A stretch of DNA of 64,000 nucleotides. Origin: Octopus sinensis. Taxonomy: Eukaryota. Under the pieces are notes generated by a model. The model was not told the origin of the DNA, did no database searches, and saw only the letters and a program-made list of their open reading frames with translations. The stretch's first letter is position 1. Each line of letters starts with the position of its first letter. Location: NCBI RefSeq assembly GCF_006345805.1, contig NC_042999.1:119350001-119414000 (forward strand). Direction: 5' to 3'. Both the position numbers and the translations under genes were made by a program. This document shows positions 1 through 12,995 of this stretch, piece by piece.

Positions 1-83
1 GTATATATATATATATATATGTGCGTATATATATATGTATGTATATATATATATGTATGTATATATATATGTATATATATATG

Positions 84-123
<40 letters not shown>

Positions 124-698
124 TGTATATATATATGTATGTATATATATATGTATGTATATAATATATATGATTATATATATATATGTATATATATATA
201 TGGTATGTATATATATGTATATATATATATATGTATATATATGTATATATATATGTATATATATGTATATATATATATATATATGTATATATTATATATA
301 TATGTATATATATGTATAATATTATATATGTATATATATGTATATATATAATAGTATATAATGTATATATATATATATGTATATATATGTTATATATATA
401 TATGTATATATATATGTATACATATATATATATATGTATATTTATATATATATATATATATATATGTATACATATATATATATATATATATATATATGTA
501 TAATATATATAATATATATTATATATTATATATATATATGTATATATATATATAGTGTATATATATATATGTATATATATATATTGTATATATATATATA
601 TATGTATATATAATATATTATATTATATGTATTATATATTATATGTATAATATATGTATATATATAATATATATATTATATATATATATATATATATA
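1..698. repeat. (TA)n/(TATG)n compound microsatellite
   Basis: Almost pure TA dinucleotide with interspersed TG; overlapping Y/I/M ORFs are artefacts. Confidence 0.98.
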
Positions 699-1524
699 TG
701 CATGCACTGACATTGACATTTACATATGTATATCATTTCTTATGATTATTTTTTGAGACTACAAATACAAATCTAAAGGGTAAACAAAATTGATAAGCTA
801 AGAAATCAGTTGGGTATAAAAATATAAAAGTATATAAACACATAGAAACAGTCACCATTGAAATGTGTACACGCACATAACAACACACTTACACACGCAT
901 GCACACACCCATATACGTCCACACATAGAAACACAAACACTCACAGACGCATACAGACCCACACACATACACATCAACAGGGAATTTGGAAAGAAAGTGA
1001 TTCTTAAATGTGAGAGATTTCTTTTCTTATACATCCAGAGAGAAGTAAATCAAAGCATGACAACACATAGAGCGTAACTCTCAAAGAAAACTTCTTTTAC
1101 TTACTTACAAAGTACTAAGTTATTAGTTCTGACTAGTAGAGCAAGTGTTTGTTTATGACTTTTTTGGTTGTCTGTATAAACACACATTCACGCATACATA
1201 TATATATCTATCTATCTATTTATCTATCTATCACTCTCTCTCTCTCTCTCTCGCTCTCTACATATATACATACATATATTATGTACATATGGGTGTGTGG
1301 TGTATGTACAAAACAGGTAAGTAAATGACATATTCTTCTACTAGATATCTGCAGGGTTCAGTGTATGTAGTTTTGTTTTTTCTCTGTTTTTTGGGGGTTT
1401 TTTTGGTTGGAATTTTAGAAGTAATTGTGACCAACCACCTTCTCAGCCACAGTAATGTTGTAAAGATATTAAAAGAATCAGACTATAAAAAAATTTATAA
1501 ATGTTAGGAATATACAGGTGTACA

Positions 1525-1627
1525 GGTATGTTTATATATACATATTATATATATATTGATGGATACATGCATTCACATATATATATGTATACGTATATAT
1601 ACATACATATATATATATATATATTAT

Positions 1628-1683
<56 letters not shown>

Positions 1684-1834
1684 ATATATATATATTATAT
1701 ATATATGTATGATATATATATATATATATATATGTATGTATATATATATGTATGTATATATATATATATATATATGTATGTTATATATATATATATATAT
1801 ATGTATGATATATATATATATATATATATGTATG

Positions 1835-1868
<34 letters not shown>

Positions 1869-1939
1869 GATGGATACATGTATACATATATACGTTTGTA
1901 TATATACATACACACACACACATATATATATATATCTAC

Positions 1940-1973
<34 letters not shown>

Positions 1974-2036
1974 GCGCACATATATATATACATACATATG
2001 TATATATATATGTATATTGTGTATGTATGTGTGTGC

Positions 2037-2069
<33 letters not shown>

Positions 2070-2100
2070 GTATGCAAATGTATATTACATACATATGTAT
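1525..2100. repeat. (TA)n/(CA)n compound microsatellite
   Basis: Direct reading of the sequence. Confidence 0.97.
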
Positions 2101-2458
2101 ATACTGAACAATACTGCTTTCATCATTAATAAGGAAATTTTGTTCAGCCTACTAGCTAAATGCAACGTGAATGACCTTTCAACCACTATTTAACTACATC
2201 AACTACCAGCCAATGTTTGTTTGACATGAGGTGATGGATATTTGTTGCTGACGAAGTTAATAAGCAGAAATCTAGATTCAGCAATTTCAATGCAAATGCT
2301 GGGTGGTATTTGCCTGCTGCTGATATTTTAAAGTGTTTTTGGCACTGTACGTCTATAAGAGATACTTTCTCAAGATAAATACCACAGTTTAGAAGGCTTT
2401 GAATAGCATGCACATTCAAAGAATGTATATAGATCACTAATATGTGTGTGTATATATA

Positions 2459-2489
<31 letters not shown>

Positions 2490-2662
2490 CTTATAGGTTT
2501 TAATAATGCCTGGTATTTATATATTCCATATATTATATATGTAAAGCATAATATGTTATATATGTATGTATATTGTTATAATTGTCTTTTTTGAAAATTA
2601 GACATAATATAATGTCTAAAAGTTGACCTCTTGATCCCCTCCATTTTCTTATTGGTGTATAA

Positions 2663-2697
<35 letters not shown>

Positions 2698-2789
2698 ATC
2701 CTCTTTGATAAGCAGCTTCAATTTTTACAATTCTGTAAATAATAATAATAAAAGAATTATTTTTCTTATAAGCTTAAAGCTTTTATTCC

Positions 2790-3207
2790 TTTTTCATTCT
2801 TTTACTTGTTTTGTTCATTTAACTGTGGCCATGCTGGAGCACCACCTCAGTCAAACAAATCAACCCCAGGACTTATTCTTTGTAAGCCTAATACTTATTC
2901 GATTGGTCTCTTTTGCTGAACTGCTTAGTTGCAGGGACATAAACACACCAACATTGGTTGTCAAGTGATGGGGGGGGGGGACAAACACAGACACACAAAT
3001 ACATACATATATAATACATACATACATACATACATATATATGTACAACGGGCTTCTTTCAGTTTCCGTTTATCAAATCCACTCACAAGGCTTTGGTCAGC
3101 CCAAGTCTACAGGAGAAGACACTTGCCCAAGGTGCCATGCAGTCGGACAGAACCCAGAACCATGAGGCTGTGAAGAAAGCTTCTTATCACACAGCCACTC
3201 CTGCGCT
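2790..3207 (-). mobile_element. tRNA-derived SINE, family A (CORE-like; abundant octopus SINE)
   Basis: On the minus strand: head GCAGGAGTGGCTGTG...GGTTCTGGGTTCTGTCC (B-box-like), GGCACCTTGGGCAAGTGTCTTC core, internal microsatellite, tail ending in AAAAGAATGAAAA. The same sequence recurs many times in the window. Confidence 0.9.
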
Positions 3208-3537
3208 TATAAGGGATCACCAATGACTAAAGAAAATAGCCCCATTATTAGACTATTTTCTTTAGTCATTGCATGGTGATTGCTAAAAAGTATAAACTTA
3301 TAAAAAAAAATAATATTTATATATATAAATAATAATAGTAATTGTAAGCATAAAGCTCCTAAGTGATCAACTTGCACTGATTAGAGAAAGTAGTCTATTA
3401 GGGCATATAAGCCCTTGATGATATAATGTGGGTGTTTTTATGCTTATAATTATTATTATTTAGAGAATATATATCTATTTCTGTCTATCTATGTATCTAT
3501 GTATCTAACTGTCTATCTATCTGTTTATCTATCTATA

Positions 3538-4770
3538 TATTGAATCATCCAGTAAATAATGTGGTTTTTTTTCAATTACATGAACTAATAGTCAGAGGGG
3601 TATGGGATAAACTATCTGCATCAACTTTCTATAAAAGCAGGTAGTAATTGTACCTTGTCCTTATTCTTAGGGAAAGTTTTGAAGAGTGCCGTTCGATTTT
3701 AACAGTTATTTTTCAAAGCTATAATGGAAGTGATGAAGGATCATATTTGGCATATTTTGCTTTATGAGTTCAATAAAGACAATAATACAATGAAAACTGT
3801 GAGGAATATTAACGCAGTATATGGGGATCAGACAATAAACATAAGCCAGTGTCAATGGGAGTTCCAGAAATTCAGAGCTAGAAACTACAGCCTAGAAGTC
3901 GAGTCTCGTCCTGGAAGATCTATAGAGCTGGACAAGGACATCCTACAAACTCTGGTAGAAGAAAATCCAATCATAACTGTTGAGGAACTAGTAAAGATGC
4001 TACAATTTGGTCAGTCAACCATTTATCGATACCTGCGTGCCATTGGAAATGTCAGCAAATTGAGTCAATGTGTTGCTCACAAACTTTCCAAGCCTAATCT
4101 CACACAGAGAGTGAATGTGTGCTCTTCTTTTCTGTCACATCTCACGAATGAACCTTTTTTGGACTGAACAGTGAGTGATGATGAGAAATAGGTTCCCTAT
4201 AAAAATGTCAAGTGCCGAAGACAGTGGGTAGGGAAAGGTGAAACACTGGCATCCCAGGCTAAAGAAGGTCTTCACCCACATAAGTGCTGTTGTCTGTTTG
4301 GTAAGAAATGAAAGGTTTAGTGCACTTTGAACTTTTAAACCCAAACCAAATGATAACAAAGGAGATCTACTGCAAGCAATTTGAATGGCTTAAGTCAACA
4401 CTAGAAGAAAAACGACCATCTTTGGTTTCATGACAAAGGGTGTTCTTCCATCAGGATAATGCTTGGCCGCATACCGCGAGGATGACATTCCAAAGACTGG
4501 AGTAGCTGGAATTGGAAATGATGCCCCAACCCCTATATTCACTGGACATTGCCCCATCTGATTACCATTTATTCCACAGTCTTCAAAATCATTTAGATGG
4601 GAAAAATATATATTCTATAGACAAGGTCAGAAGAGTACTGGAGTATTTTGCATCACAGTCAAGTGAAGTTTAGAAGAGCGGCCTTGCAAGTCTACCAAAT
4701 AAATGGAAGAGCATTACTGAAAATGAAAGAGAGTATATTTTTGACTAAAAATGCACTTTATTTATGGGAA
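3538..4770 (+). mobile_element. Tc1/mariner DNA transposon, near full length, decayed
   Basis: Transposase MEVMKDHIWHILLYEF...RPGRS...VSDDEK...FHQDNA...PLYSLDIAPSDYHLFHSLQNHL (DD34D-type) with stops and frameshifts; degenerate TIRs (cagtaaataatgtggtttttt / aaaaatgcactttatttatgg). Confidence 0.93.
3724..4730 (+). pseudogene. mariner transposase pseudogene
   Basis: ORF 3724-4167 encodes the HTH region; catalytic motifs follow after in-frame stops and frameshifts. Confidence 0.92.
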
Positions 4771-5235
4771 TTTACTCTGAAAGTAAGTTACCCCTGAAAT
4801 ATGAATACAAACAGAATAAAACAAGCTTCACGTAAAGTGGACTATAGATTCCTGAGATACATGTTTTTTGGATTTGTTTCCACAAATTTAAGCAGTGAAA
4901 CCTGGAGTTATTGTCCCTTACTATGAACACCTGGACAGTTTTGCTTGCTTGTGTGTGCGCTTGTCTGTAATTCAATACAGCCACACCAGTGCATAATGGG
5001 AAAATATTCTGAAAGTAAGGTGACCCTGAAATGGGAATATAAATGGGATAAGACAAGTTTCATGTAAATCAGATCATGGGTTCCCAAGATACACGTTTTT
5101 TTCGGGTACCTTTATAAATAGCCAAACTGGCACCTAATGGGAAAATGCTTTGATAGCAAGGTACCATAGAAATGTGAATACAAATGAAATAAAACAAGTT
5201 CCGAAGGCATTGGAACACAGGTTCCTCAGATACCT
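4765..5235. repeat. degenerate three-copy tandem repeat (units start at about 4765, 4996, 5136)
   Basis: Recurring atgggaa..ctgaaagtaagNtNaccctgaaat..gaatacaaa..ataaaacaag..ttcc..agatac blocks. Confidence 0.75.
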
Positions 5236-5685
5236 TCAACTATTGCTTTTTTAGGATACTTTGAACTATTGGTGACCCAATGGGTCATGGGTAGTCTAGT
5301 ATATATTTAAAAAATGGACAATTATATAAGCTTTAATAAGCTTGCATATGTTTTGGATACCCTTGTAATATATAATTCTCTGATGTAATAATCATGTGTA
5401 TTAATCAATCAACACTTGATTGGCTAAGATTCTATATTGTGTGTGCATGTGCGTGTGTGTTTGTGTGTGTGTGTGTGCATCTGTGTAGGTTGTGATATTT
5501 GTGTGTCTTTGTTTTGACACTTAGTTGTTAGCTACTGCCACTGCCATGCAAAAAGTCCTCCATTACTAATCTTCATTTCTAATATCTGACCATGAGGAAG
5601 TGCTACCTTCCTTATGAAACAAGTGAGAGTTGATATCAGGAAGGGTGTCTCAGTTCTATATTTAAGAGATGAGGAATTGTGTACA

Positions 5686-5788
5686 TTATTTACATTGTTT
5701 ACATTATTTACATTCGGCGGATATTTGTCTTCAAACAAGATGAGGACAAATATCCATCGAGTGTAAATAATATAAACAATATAAATAA
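5686..5788. repeat. inverted repeat/palindrome, 48-bp arms, 7-nt loop
   Basis: 5686-5733 pairs with 5741-5788; about 6 mismatches, all transitions. Confidence 0.93.
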
Positions 5789-5986
5789 GGAAGGGTGTCT
5801 GTTGGTAGGAAATCTGTCTCAATGAATTCATGTCTTGCTATAAAGGAGGTACATGGTTACCTGGCAGAAACAGAGGGAGAAAGAGAGAAAGGAGGGGGGG
5901 GATACTGGTAACAAGAAAAAGAGACAGAAACAGGTGTGCTGCTGTAGAGGAGATAGATTGTTACCCAGATAGAGGGAACAGCAAAG

Positions 5987-6032
<46 letters not shown>

Positions 6033-6457
6033 AAGAGAGTGGGAGACAGAAAGAGTGCAGGAGAGAGAAGGAGAGAGATGATGGTGAAGTGCCATACTCA
6101 TAAGGAATAAGGATCAGAGCATAGATGGGATGGTAGAGTAAGGAAGAGAGAGATAAATGGTGGAAATTGCCAGGGCATGCTCTCAAGGTTCGGGGACATA
6201 ATATACTTGTATAACTTGGTAATATGTACCATGCTTTCAGTAATTATTTGAGATACCCACGTAATTGCAAACAGATATAGACATGATCATGGCTCTCTCA
6301 ACCTTAAGCCAGTTGGCCGTCCATGACGTGACTGTTGGAAGGAAGAGATGGATGCACCAGCACTTGGCTGGCAGTCATTTTCTACCTGAGTGGACATAAG
6401 TATTATGCAATGAAGTGCTTTGTTTAAGGAAAAGATGCTCAAGGAATTGAACACTTA

Positions 6458-6670
6458 AGGTGGCGAGCTGGCAGAATCGTTAGCATGCTGGGTGAAATGC
6501 TTAGCTGTATTTCGTCTGACGCTACGTTCAGAGTTCAAATTCCGCCAAGGTTGACTTTGCCTTTCATCCTTTCAGGGTCGATTAAATAAGTACCAGTTAC
6601 GCACTGGGGTCGATATAATCGACTTAATCCGTTTGTCTGTCCTTGTTTGTCCTCTCTGTGTTTAGCCTCT
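6458..6670 (+). mobile_element. tRNA-derived SINE, family B
   Basis: GGTGGCGAGCTGGCAGAATCGTTAGC...GAGTTCAAATTCCGCC...TTTGCCTTTCATCCTTTCAGGGTCGATTAAATAAGTACCAG; recurs at 17570, 41235, 42983, 57183, 60640. Confidence 0.88.
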
Positions 6671-6949
6671 ATGTACCTTTACTGGTTATAATATAAAAGT
6701 TACATAAGTAGAGAACAAATCTTTGAATGATTCGAACTCAGTTTTATAAGCAACATACAAGAGAGTCAGGTTAAATCATCATTACATAACTTTCGACATC
6801 ATTATAAGGTGAATCTAGTATTGTTCAATACGTAGTTCAATGAAAACAGACATAATATACTCTTAAGATTTCGTGTGGTTGTACAGAGCTTTGATCAACA
6901 CACTTAAATAGTGTTTGGAACAGTAGCTGTGAAATATTACGTTTCATCC

Positions 6950-6992
6950 TTGTCATCGAAGTCATCATCACCATCATCATCACTGTCACCAC

Positions 6993-7051
<59 letters not shown>

Positions 7052-7320
7052 CCACCACCACCACCTGCACCACCACCACTGCTGCCACTGCCACCACCAC
7101 CACCACTGCCGCCATTATTCTTTGCTTTTGTTGTTATCTGTTTAAATATTTGCCTGCAATCATCTATGTTCCATCATCGTCATTCTCCTCCCCCTCTCTC
7201 TCCCCATCCTCATCATCACTAATATCATCATGATAATCTCGAATGTCATTGTCATCAGTCTTTCTGCTGTCGTTATCATCGTCATTATCGTTGTCATTAT
7301 CAGTATGATAGCATGGTCGC
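6950..7320. repeat. (CAT)n/(CCA)n trinucleotide tract
   Basis: Direct reading; poly-S/poly-M ORFs are artefacts. Confidence 0.95.
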
Positions 7321-8384
7321 ATTATTAGTTAGTAATAATGAGAACAGAGAGGAAAATAAAAGGAATGGGGAAACAAGGGTAGAAGGAACAGGAACAAGTA
7401 AAGTAAAGTAAGAGTAAAGCTTTTCATGGGCAAGATATTAAACTGCACCCAGGGGTGAAGTTCCTGTTCAGGCGTTCAAGAGTTTAGGGGAGATGGAGTT
7501 AGCCTTTAATCCTTACTACTCCTAAATTTGCCTTCACCTAGGGTAGTAGCATCTTTCAGGGACCCCAATTATGGATTAAATAATCCTTTCTGAACCAGGG
7601 TGCACATGACCGTTGGGGTTCATATAAGATTTTGTTGTTAAACTTTATGTGCCATAAACTGGTTATACTTCTAATATTTTAACAATTTTTTATACATTTC
7701 TTAAAATGATATTATAGTTCTATAATAGAATATTTTAAAATACTGATTGAATATGAGGGTCCAGTAGAGTAAAATAGAATCGAAAGGGTCCAGAGGCAAA
7801 AATTGGTTAAAAACCACTTGAAGGAGGGCTGGTCCTAGATACTCAAACCAGTCCACCAATGTGTAGACTTGTTCTGATGTCACATGAACCTGTGACTGTC
7901 CTTAAAAGTTTAATGGTTTTTGTCTCAAGGGTAAGTCCAGGAAAGTAAGTGACTAGCAGAGTAAACTGCAAATGAACTGGGAAAACTACAGCTGTATCTT
8001 TCTTAAGAAAAATCAAGTATCTTTCAACTTAAGCATGGTGGTATAAGATTGCCAAGGACTGTAGGCATAGCATATGAAGAGAGAAAAGATTTATATTGTT
8101 TGTGTTCAGTTGTGTACACATGCATGTTAGTAAATATCTATTGTTGAAGAAAATAAATGATTAGTGGCCTTGAAGCATAACAGATGATTTAACATCACAA
8201 GAGTATAAATTTCCATTTTTACTGCAGTACAGAAAATAAATATTAATCTGACCACCTATAACCAGGAACTCACTTATTCTTGTTGTAAGAAATAATATCA
8301 AGCTTCCCACATACAACTAGAAGCACTTTTTGTCAAGATCAAAATTTTTTGGTTACTACCATCAACGGTGGTATGATGAAAAGT

Positions 8385-8775
8385 AGTCTGTAGTTGTGTG
8401 GTAAGAAGTTTGCTTCCCAATCAAAGGTTTTTGTGTTCAGTCCTACTGTGTGGCACTTTGGGCAAGTGTCTCTTTTCAAAGCCTTGTGGGTGGATTATTG
8501 AATGGAAATGGAAAGAAACCTGTCGTATATGTGCATGTGTGCATGTGTGAGTGTGTGTTGGTGTCTTTGTGTCTGTGAGCCCACCACTGCTTGACAAATG
8601 GTGCTGGTGTGTTTACATCCCAGTAACATAACAATTTGGCAAAAGAAACTGATAGAATAAGTACTGGGGCTCAAAAACTAAGTACTGGAGTCAATTCATC
8701 TGACTAAAAATTCTTTAAGGTGGTGCCCCAGTATGGCCACAGTCTAATGGCTGGAACAATTAAAAGATAAAAGTC
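8385..8775 (+). mobile_element. SINE family A
   Basis: gtggtaagaagtttgcttccc...ggcactttgggcaagtgtc...tail taaaagataaaag. Confidence 0.87.
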
Positions 8776-8944
8776 CCCTGCTATTTATCATTCTGGCCAT
8801 AAAAGATGACTTTAAAACTGGCTACTCTTGGGAATTACATGCTGATGAATTCGCTCTTATTGTATAATCTGTTGTAAAATTAGAATGGAAATAAAATCTG
8901 AACTGAAAGGCCCTTAAATGTAATGTAGCAAACATCAAATTTCT

Positions 8945-10010
8945 AGTAAGCAGAAAATTCACAGGAGTCTATTCCTATCAGGTAAATGACCCTGCTCGAT
9001 ATGTTGGAAAGGTGTAGGCAGGAATTCCATATGGTGTAGCCAATGCAAGAAGTGAATGCTCAAGAGATGCAGTATTTCACTAGAAGGTTCACAAAAAAAG
9101 TAGTGTTTGTATGTCAATGTGCAGGAATAATAAACACTAAAAACACACAGGGAACTGATTTTCACAAATGACCAGGAGGCTCTTTAGAGACAGTTGATAG
9201 TTTCTGTTACCTAGTTGATCTAATTTTCTGTGTAGGAGGCTGTTCTGAAACTATAGTTACCTGAAAAAGAATAGAACAGAGAAAATTCAAATAACTAATA
9301 TTTCTGTTGGTAATAGAAAGTCTCTGTCTCCCTCAGAGTTAAGGGCAGATTGTATGATGCTTGTGCAATGCCACACATCAGTGAGATGAGAGCCCAAAGC
9401 TAATATGCTCCATTGGATGTACAACAAAGAACTATCTTCTGTTGTATCTGGGGAGAGTAAAATTTCCACTTATTTCTTATTTTTCTTTTCATAAAATTTT
9501 CATTGCGTCTTGCAACCTTAAGACACAATGAAAATTTTATGGAAAATAAAAATAAGAAATAAATGGAAATTTTACCGGTGAGTGTGTTACGTTATAAGGC
9601 ACAAAAAAAGAAAATAACTCCCCCAGACTCAACAAAATATGCTTCAACACACGAACTCATATAAAGAATCTTGCAAACCAAATCCAAAAACGAAAAAGAA
9701 CTATCTGTTGAGAGAAAAATTAGGGATAAGAGGGATCAAATGTAACATGTAAGAGAGGGTACTGTGCTGGTTTAATCATATGATGCATATAGGTGAGGAC
9801 AAGTGTGTAAAGATGTGCCAAAGGCTTAAAGTGCATGGAAGTTGTGGAAGAGAGAAGGAGCAGGTGTGGGCGACCCAGGACATGGGATGAAGTAGCTGGG
9901 GCTGATTTCAAGATGTTGAACCTCATGTGGAAGACGACAAAGGTTTGAGGTGATTGCTTATTAGTAGTGCTTGAGAAGACCCATTTGTCATGGCGAATGA
10001 GAGGTCCTAA
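8945..10010 (+). mobile_element. RTE-clade LINE 3' fragment, decayed, interrupted at 9438-9694
   Basis: Conceptual translation: GK*PCSICWKGVGRNSIWCSQCKK, LETVDSFCYL, SLRVKGRLYDACA, LGIRGIKC, GRPRTWDEV; matches the better-preserved copy at 53245-54465. Confidence 0.88.
9438..9694. mobile_element. inserted element carrying a long hairpin (9457-9575), probably a Penelope-type terminus
   Basis: Splits the RTE fragment; flanked by a duplicated 12-mer AAAGAACTATCT (9426-9437, 9695-9706); 55/56-nt inverted arms. Confidence 0.7.
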
Positions 10011-10308
10011 AAGCATTATGTGTATGCCTGTACATGCTGGGTCTTATGCCTTCACTCAGTCTGCTTCCTTAAAGCATTCATCACAACTTATCTTTCTTAT
10101 ACTCATCCCTCATCACTCTTCTAATTATGACATTACTCAGCTGCTGTAATCACTTGACAACTGAACTGGCACACATTACACTACTTTCACAACTTTCTGA
10201 ACTATCTGCAGGTTTATGATACTGCTGACCCCACCATTTCTATGTTACTATTTGTCACCTCCCACTTCCTGAGCCATTTTTCTCTCACATCCCCCATCCC
10301 CCCACAGA

Positions 10309-10640
10309 ACTGATATTTACCCTCAAGCATACCTCCGTCCTCGTATATTCATCTCTTCTCCCATCCCTAACCATCTGTTACTCTCCTTTCACACTGCTAT
10401 GAAATTACCCCTTCTCTCTTTCCCCTTTGATCCACAGTCTACTTTCTCTCTCTCTCTCTCTTATACTCTCAGGTACAAGAAGATGAGTATCAGAGGAAGA
10501 ATACAGATCATGGATCTGGGGATGGAGTGGATAGGATGGGTAATCTAATAAGAGAGTGACAGATGGTTAGAGATGGGAGAAGAGATGAATATACTGAGTG
10601 ATGAATAAGGGCAGAGGTATGCTTGATGGTAAATATCAGT
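10309..10640. repeat. inverted repeat, about 77/89-bp arms, about 165-bp spacer
   Basis: actgatatttaccctcaagcatacctc...ccatctgttactctc (10309-10385) matches the reverse complement of 10552-10640 with a 12-nt indel. Confidence 0.9.
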
Positions 10641-10865
10641 ATGGGGGGGGGGTTGAAGGAGGTGGTTTGCTATAGTGAATAAAATAGGAGGACCTCTCCC
10701 CAGTTGACATCTTAGATAAAAGAACATTTCATGATATATTTGATGCTGCTGTCTGAAAGGGCTTGCAAACAAAAGCTAAGTAACAGTGAAGGACTCCAGC
10801 CATATAAATATAATTAATCTCCATACTATGGATTGGGGTCTTTTTTCTCTTGCCTACTGCAAACA

Positions 10866-10908
<43 letters not shown>

Positions 10909-11635
10909 TAAATAAATATACATATGTGTGTGTGTGTATGTCCATGCCTTTGCATATATATACATATGTAAATGCAATATATATATTGCATATACATATC
11001 TATGTGTGCATATATATATATATTGCATATATATGTATATTCTTTTATATGTTTCAGCCCTAAGGTTGTGGCCATATATATATATATATATATAAAAGCA
11101 CTCATATTCTATAAAAGAATGTGACTTGGAATTTTTTTAGTGTATAAGTAAATTACCATTTTTATTCCCAAATTTTTTCCCTCTTTCCTCTGTCCCCCAC
11201 CACATACCAATCTGTTTCAGATGTTACAAGGAAGATTCAGCAATGATATTCTAATCTCCCTCCTATTGTCCCCCCCCTCTCTCCTGCCTTTTCTGTCTTA
11301 CTTTCTCTCTTTCTTTCTTTCTTTCTTTCTTTCCAACCCTTCTCTTTCATACTTGTCATGAACATTTTCCTTTTTCTTTTTATCTGGAAATCCATCAACT
11401 CTACAATGTCATGCTGTCCCTGGGTGTTTGAACTGATCGGAATATTAGCTGTCAGAGAAATAGCCAATCAGAGCTTGAATGAACCTACTTCCTTTCTGAT
11501 TATTACTGTTGTTGTTGTTGTTGTTATTTATTTCTGAAATTTTTAGCTGTTTAAAGAAATATAAGGTATAAAAGTATGCTTATATGCACAGGCATGCATG
11601 TATTAATATGCACATACATGCATGCATGTTTATAT

Positions 11636-11670
<35 letters not shown>

Positions 11671-12192
11671 CATATATATATACACACCATACATATATAA
11701 TATATGTATGTCTATACCTATCTATCTCTCTATCTATAAGCATACATATTTTGGAACAAACACACATACACACATATATGCATGTATGTATAATAAATAC
11801 ATGCATACATATATATCCATGAATGCTTGCATACCTAGTATTTTTCCAACAGCCAAAGAATATACATATTTATTAATATATATATATATGTCTATATATG
11901 TGTGTGTGAACATATATGTGTTTGTGTTTTTTTTTCCATCTATATATTAATGTAATATGTACATGCTTCTTATGCATTTACTTTGCAAGATTCTCAATGT
12001 GAAATCGTGTCTTGAATCTCATGTATCAAGGGAGAAAATTTATCAGTAGAAACACAAGCACCGTTTCTAATGCGCTCCTCTATATCACTATTAGTCACTA
12101 GTTAATAGATTAACTAATTAAGCAATTAACAAATCAATTGCTTCATTAATTATTGAATCAATCAATCAGTTACTTTGTCAAAGTTTTCCCAG

Positions 12193-12307
12193 TTCCATTT
12201 GGAACCTTATCAATGAGGTGCCCTCATTACTCCACATCTGTCAGACTAGGTCCAAATTGACTTCTTCAGTTTTTTACACAGTTCTATGGTTTTTGCGACG
12301 TGCACAA
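12193..12307 (+). CDS. candidate internal coding exon of an unidentified gene (SIWNLINEVPSLLHICQTRSKLTSSVFYTVLWFLRRAQ)
   Basis: Acceptor ttttcccAG at 12191-92, donor CAA|GTGAGT at 12308, open frame, non-repetitive sequence; no protein family recognised. Confidence 0.33.
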
Positions 12308-12514
12308 GTGAGTGTGGGAAGCTGGGTGTATGAGGGTATGTGTGTGTGGGTTTGTAGGAGGCTTTATTTCTATTTTGGTCAGTGTGTATGTGAGAAGATT
12401 GTGAACATGTGCCTAGGTGCATCTGCACGTTTGTAGTGCATACTCATCATATTTTTTTCTGCTGAATGCACCAGATAGTGATATTGCATCGAGTTTTGTG
12501 ATACTCAAGGATGG

Positions 12515-12990
12515 TGATGTCATCATCAACATCATTTAATGTCCATTTTCCATGCTGGCATGAGTTGGATGGCTTGACAGAAGCTGGCCAGCCTAAGAGC
12601 TGTTTGAGCTCCATGTCTGCTTTGGTATGGTTTCTACAGCTAGATGTCCTTTCTGATACCGACCACTTTACAGAGTTGTACTGAGTACTTTTACACAGCA
12701 TCAGCATGGGTGCATTTACGTGGCACCAGTAATGGGTGCTTTTTATATGGCACTGGCACCCATGAGCCTGCAAGGTAGAAATACTCAGCTAGAGACGGAT
12801 GCAGGGAACAGCCTGTATGCAAGGTCAACCATGCTTTTACTTAGCTTGATGTCTTTTCAAGCTCAGCAAACTGCCAGGAGCCTTGATCCCTATGATCTCG
12901 TCTGTGATTTCCAATGTCTGTAGATCCTTTCTCCCTGCTTCATCTCACATCTTTCTGGGTCTACCCTTTTCAAATGTTCCCTTTACAATA
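12515..12990 (-). mobile_element. RTE LINE 3' end/3' UTR (tail ...TAAATGATGTTGATGATG)
   Basis: catcatcatttaatgtccattttccatgctggcatg motif shared with the 23281 and 53245 copies; GRPRKMWDEAG-like coding remnant at the distal end. Confidence 0.8.
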
Positions 12991-12995
12991 CACTC

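Noticed and set aside
1-2130. Numerous 60-180 aa ORFs rich in Y/I/M/C/V/H/T here and at 28.9k, 33.5k, 35.8-40k, 51k, 53k
   Set aside because: Translations of (TA)n/(CA)n/(TG)n microsatellites, which lack stops in several frames
6837-7222. Poly-M, poly-S and poly-P ORFs (also 44180-44410)
   Set aside because: Trinucleotide repeat tracts with no flanking coding context
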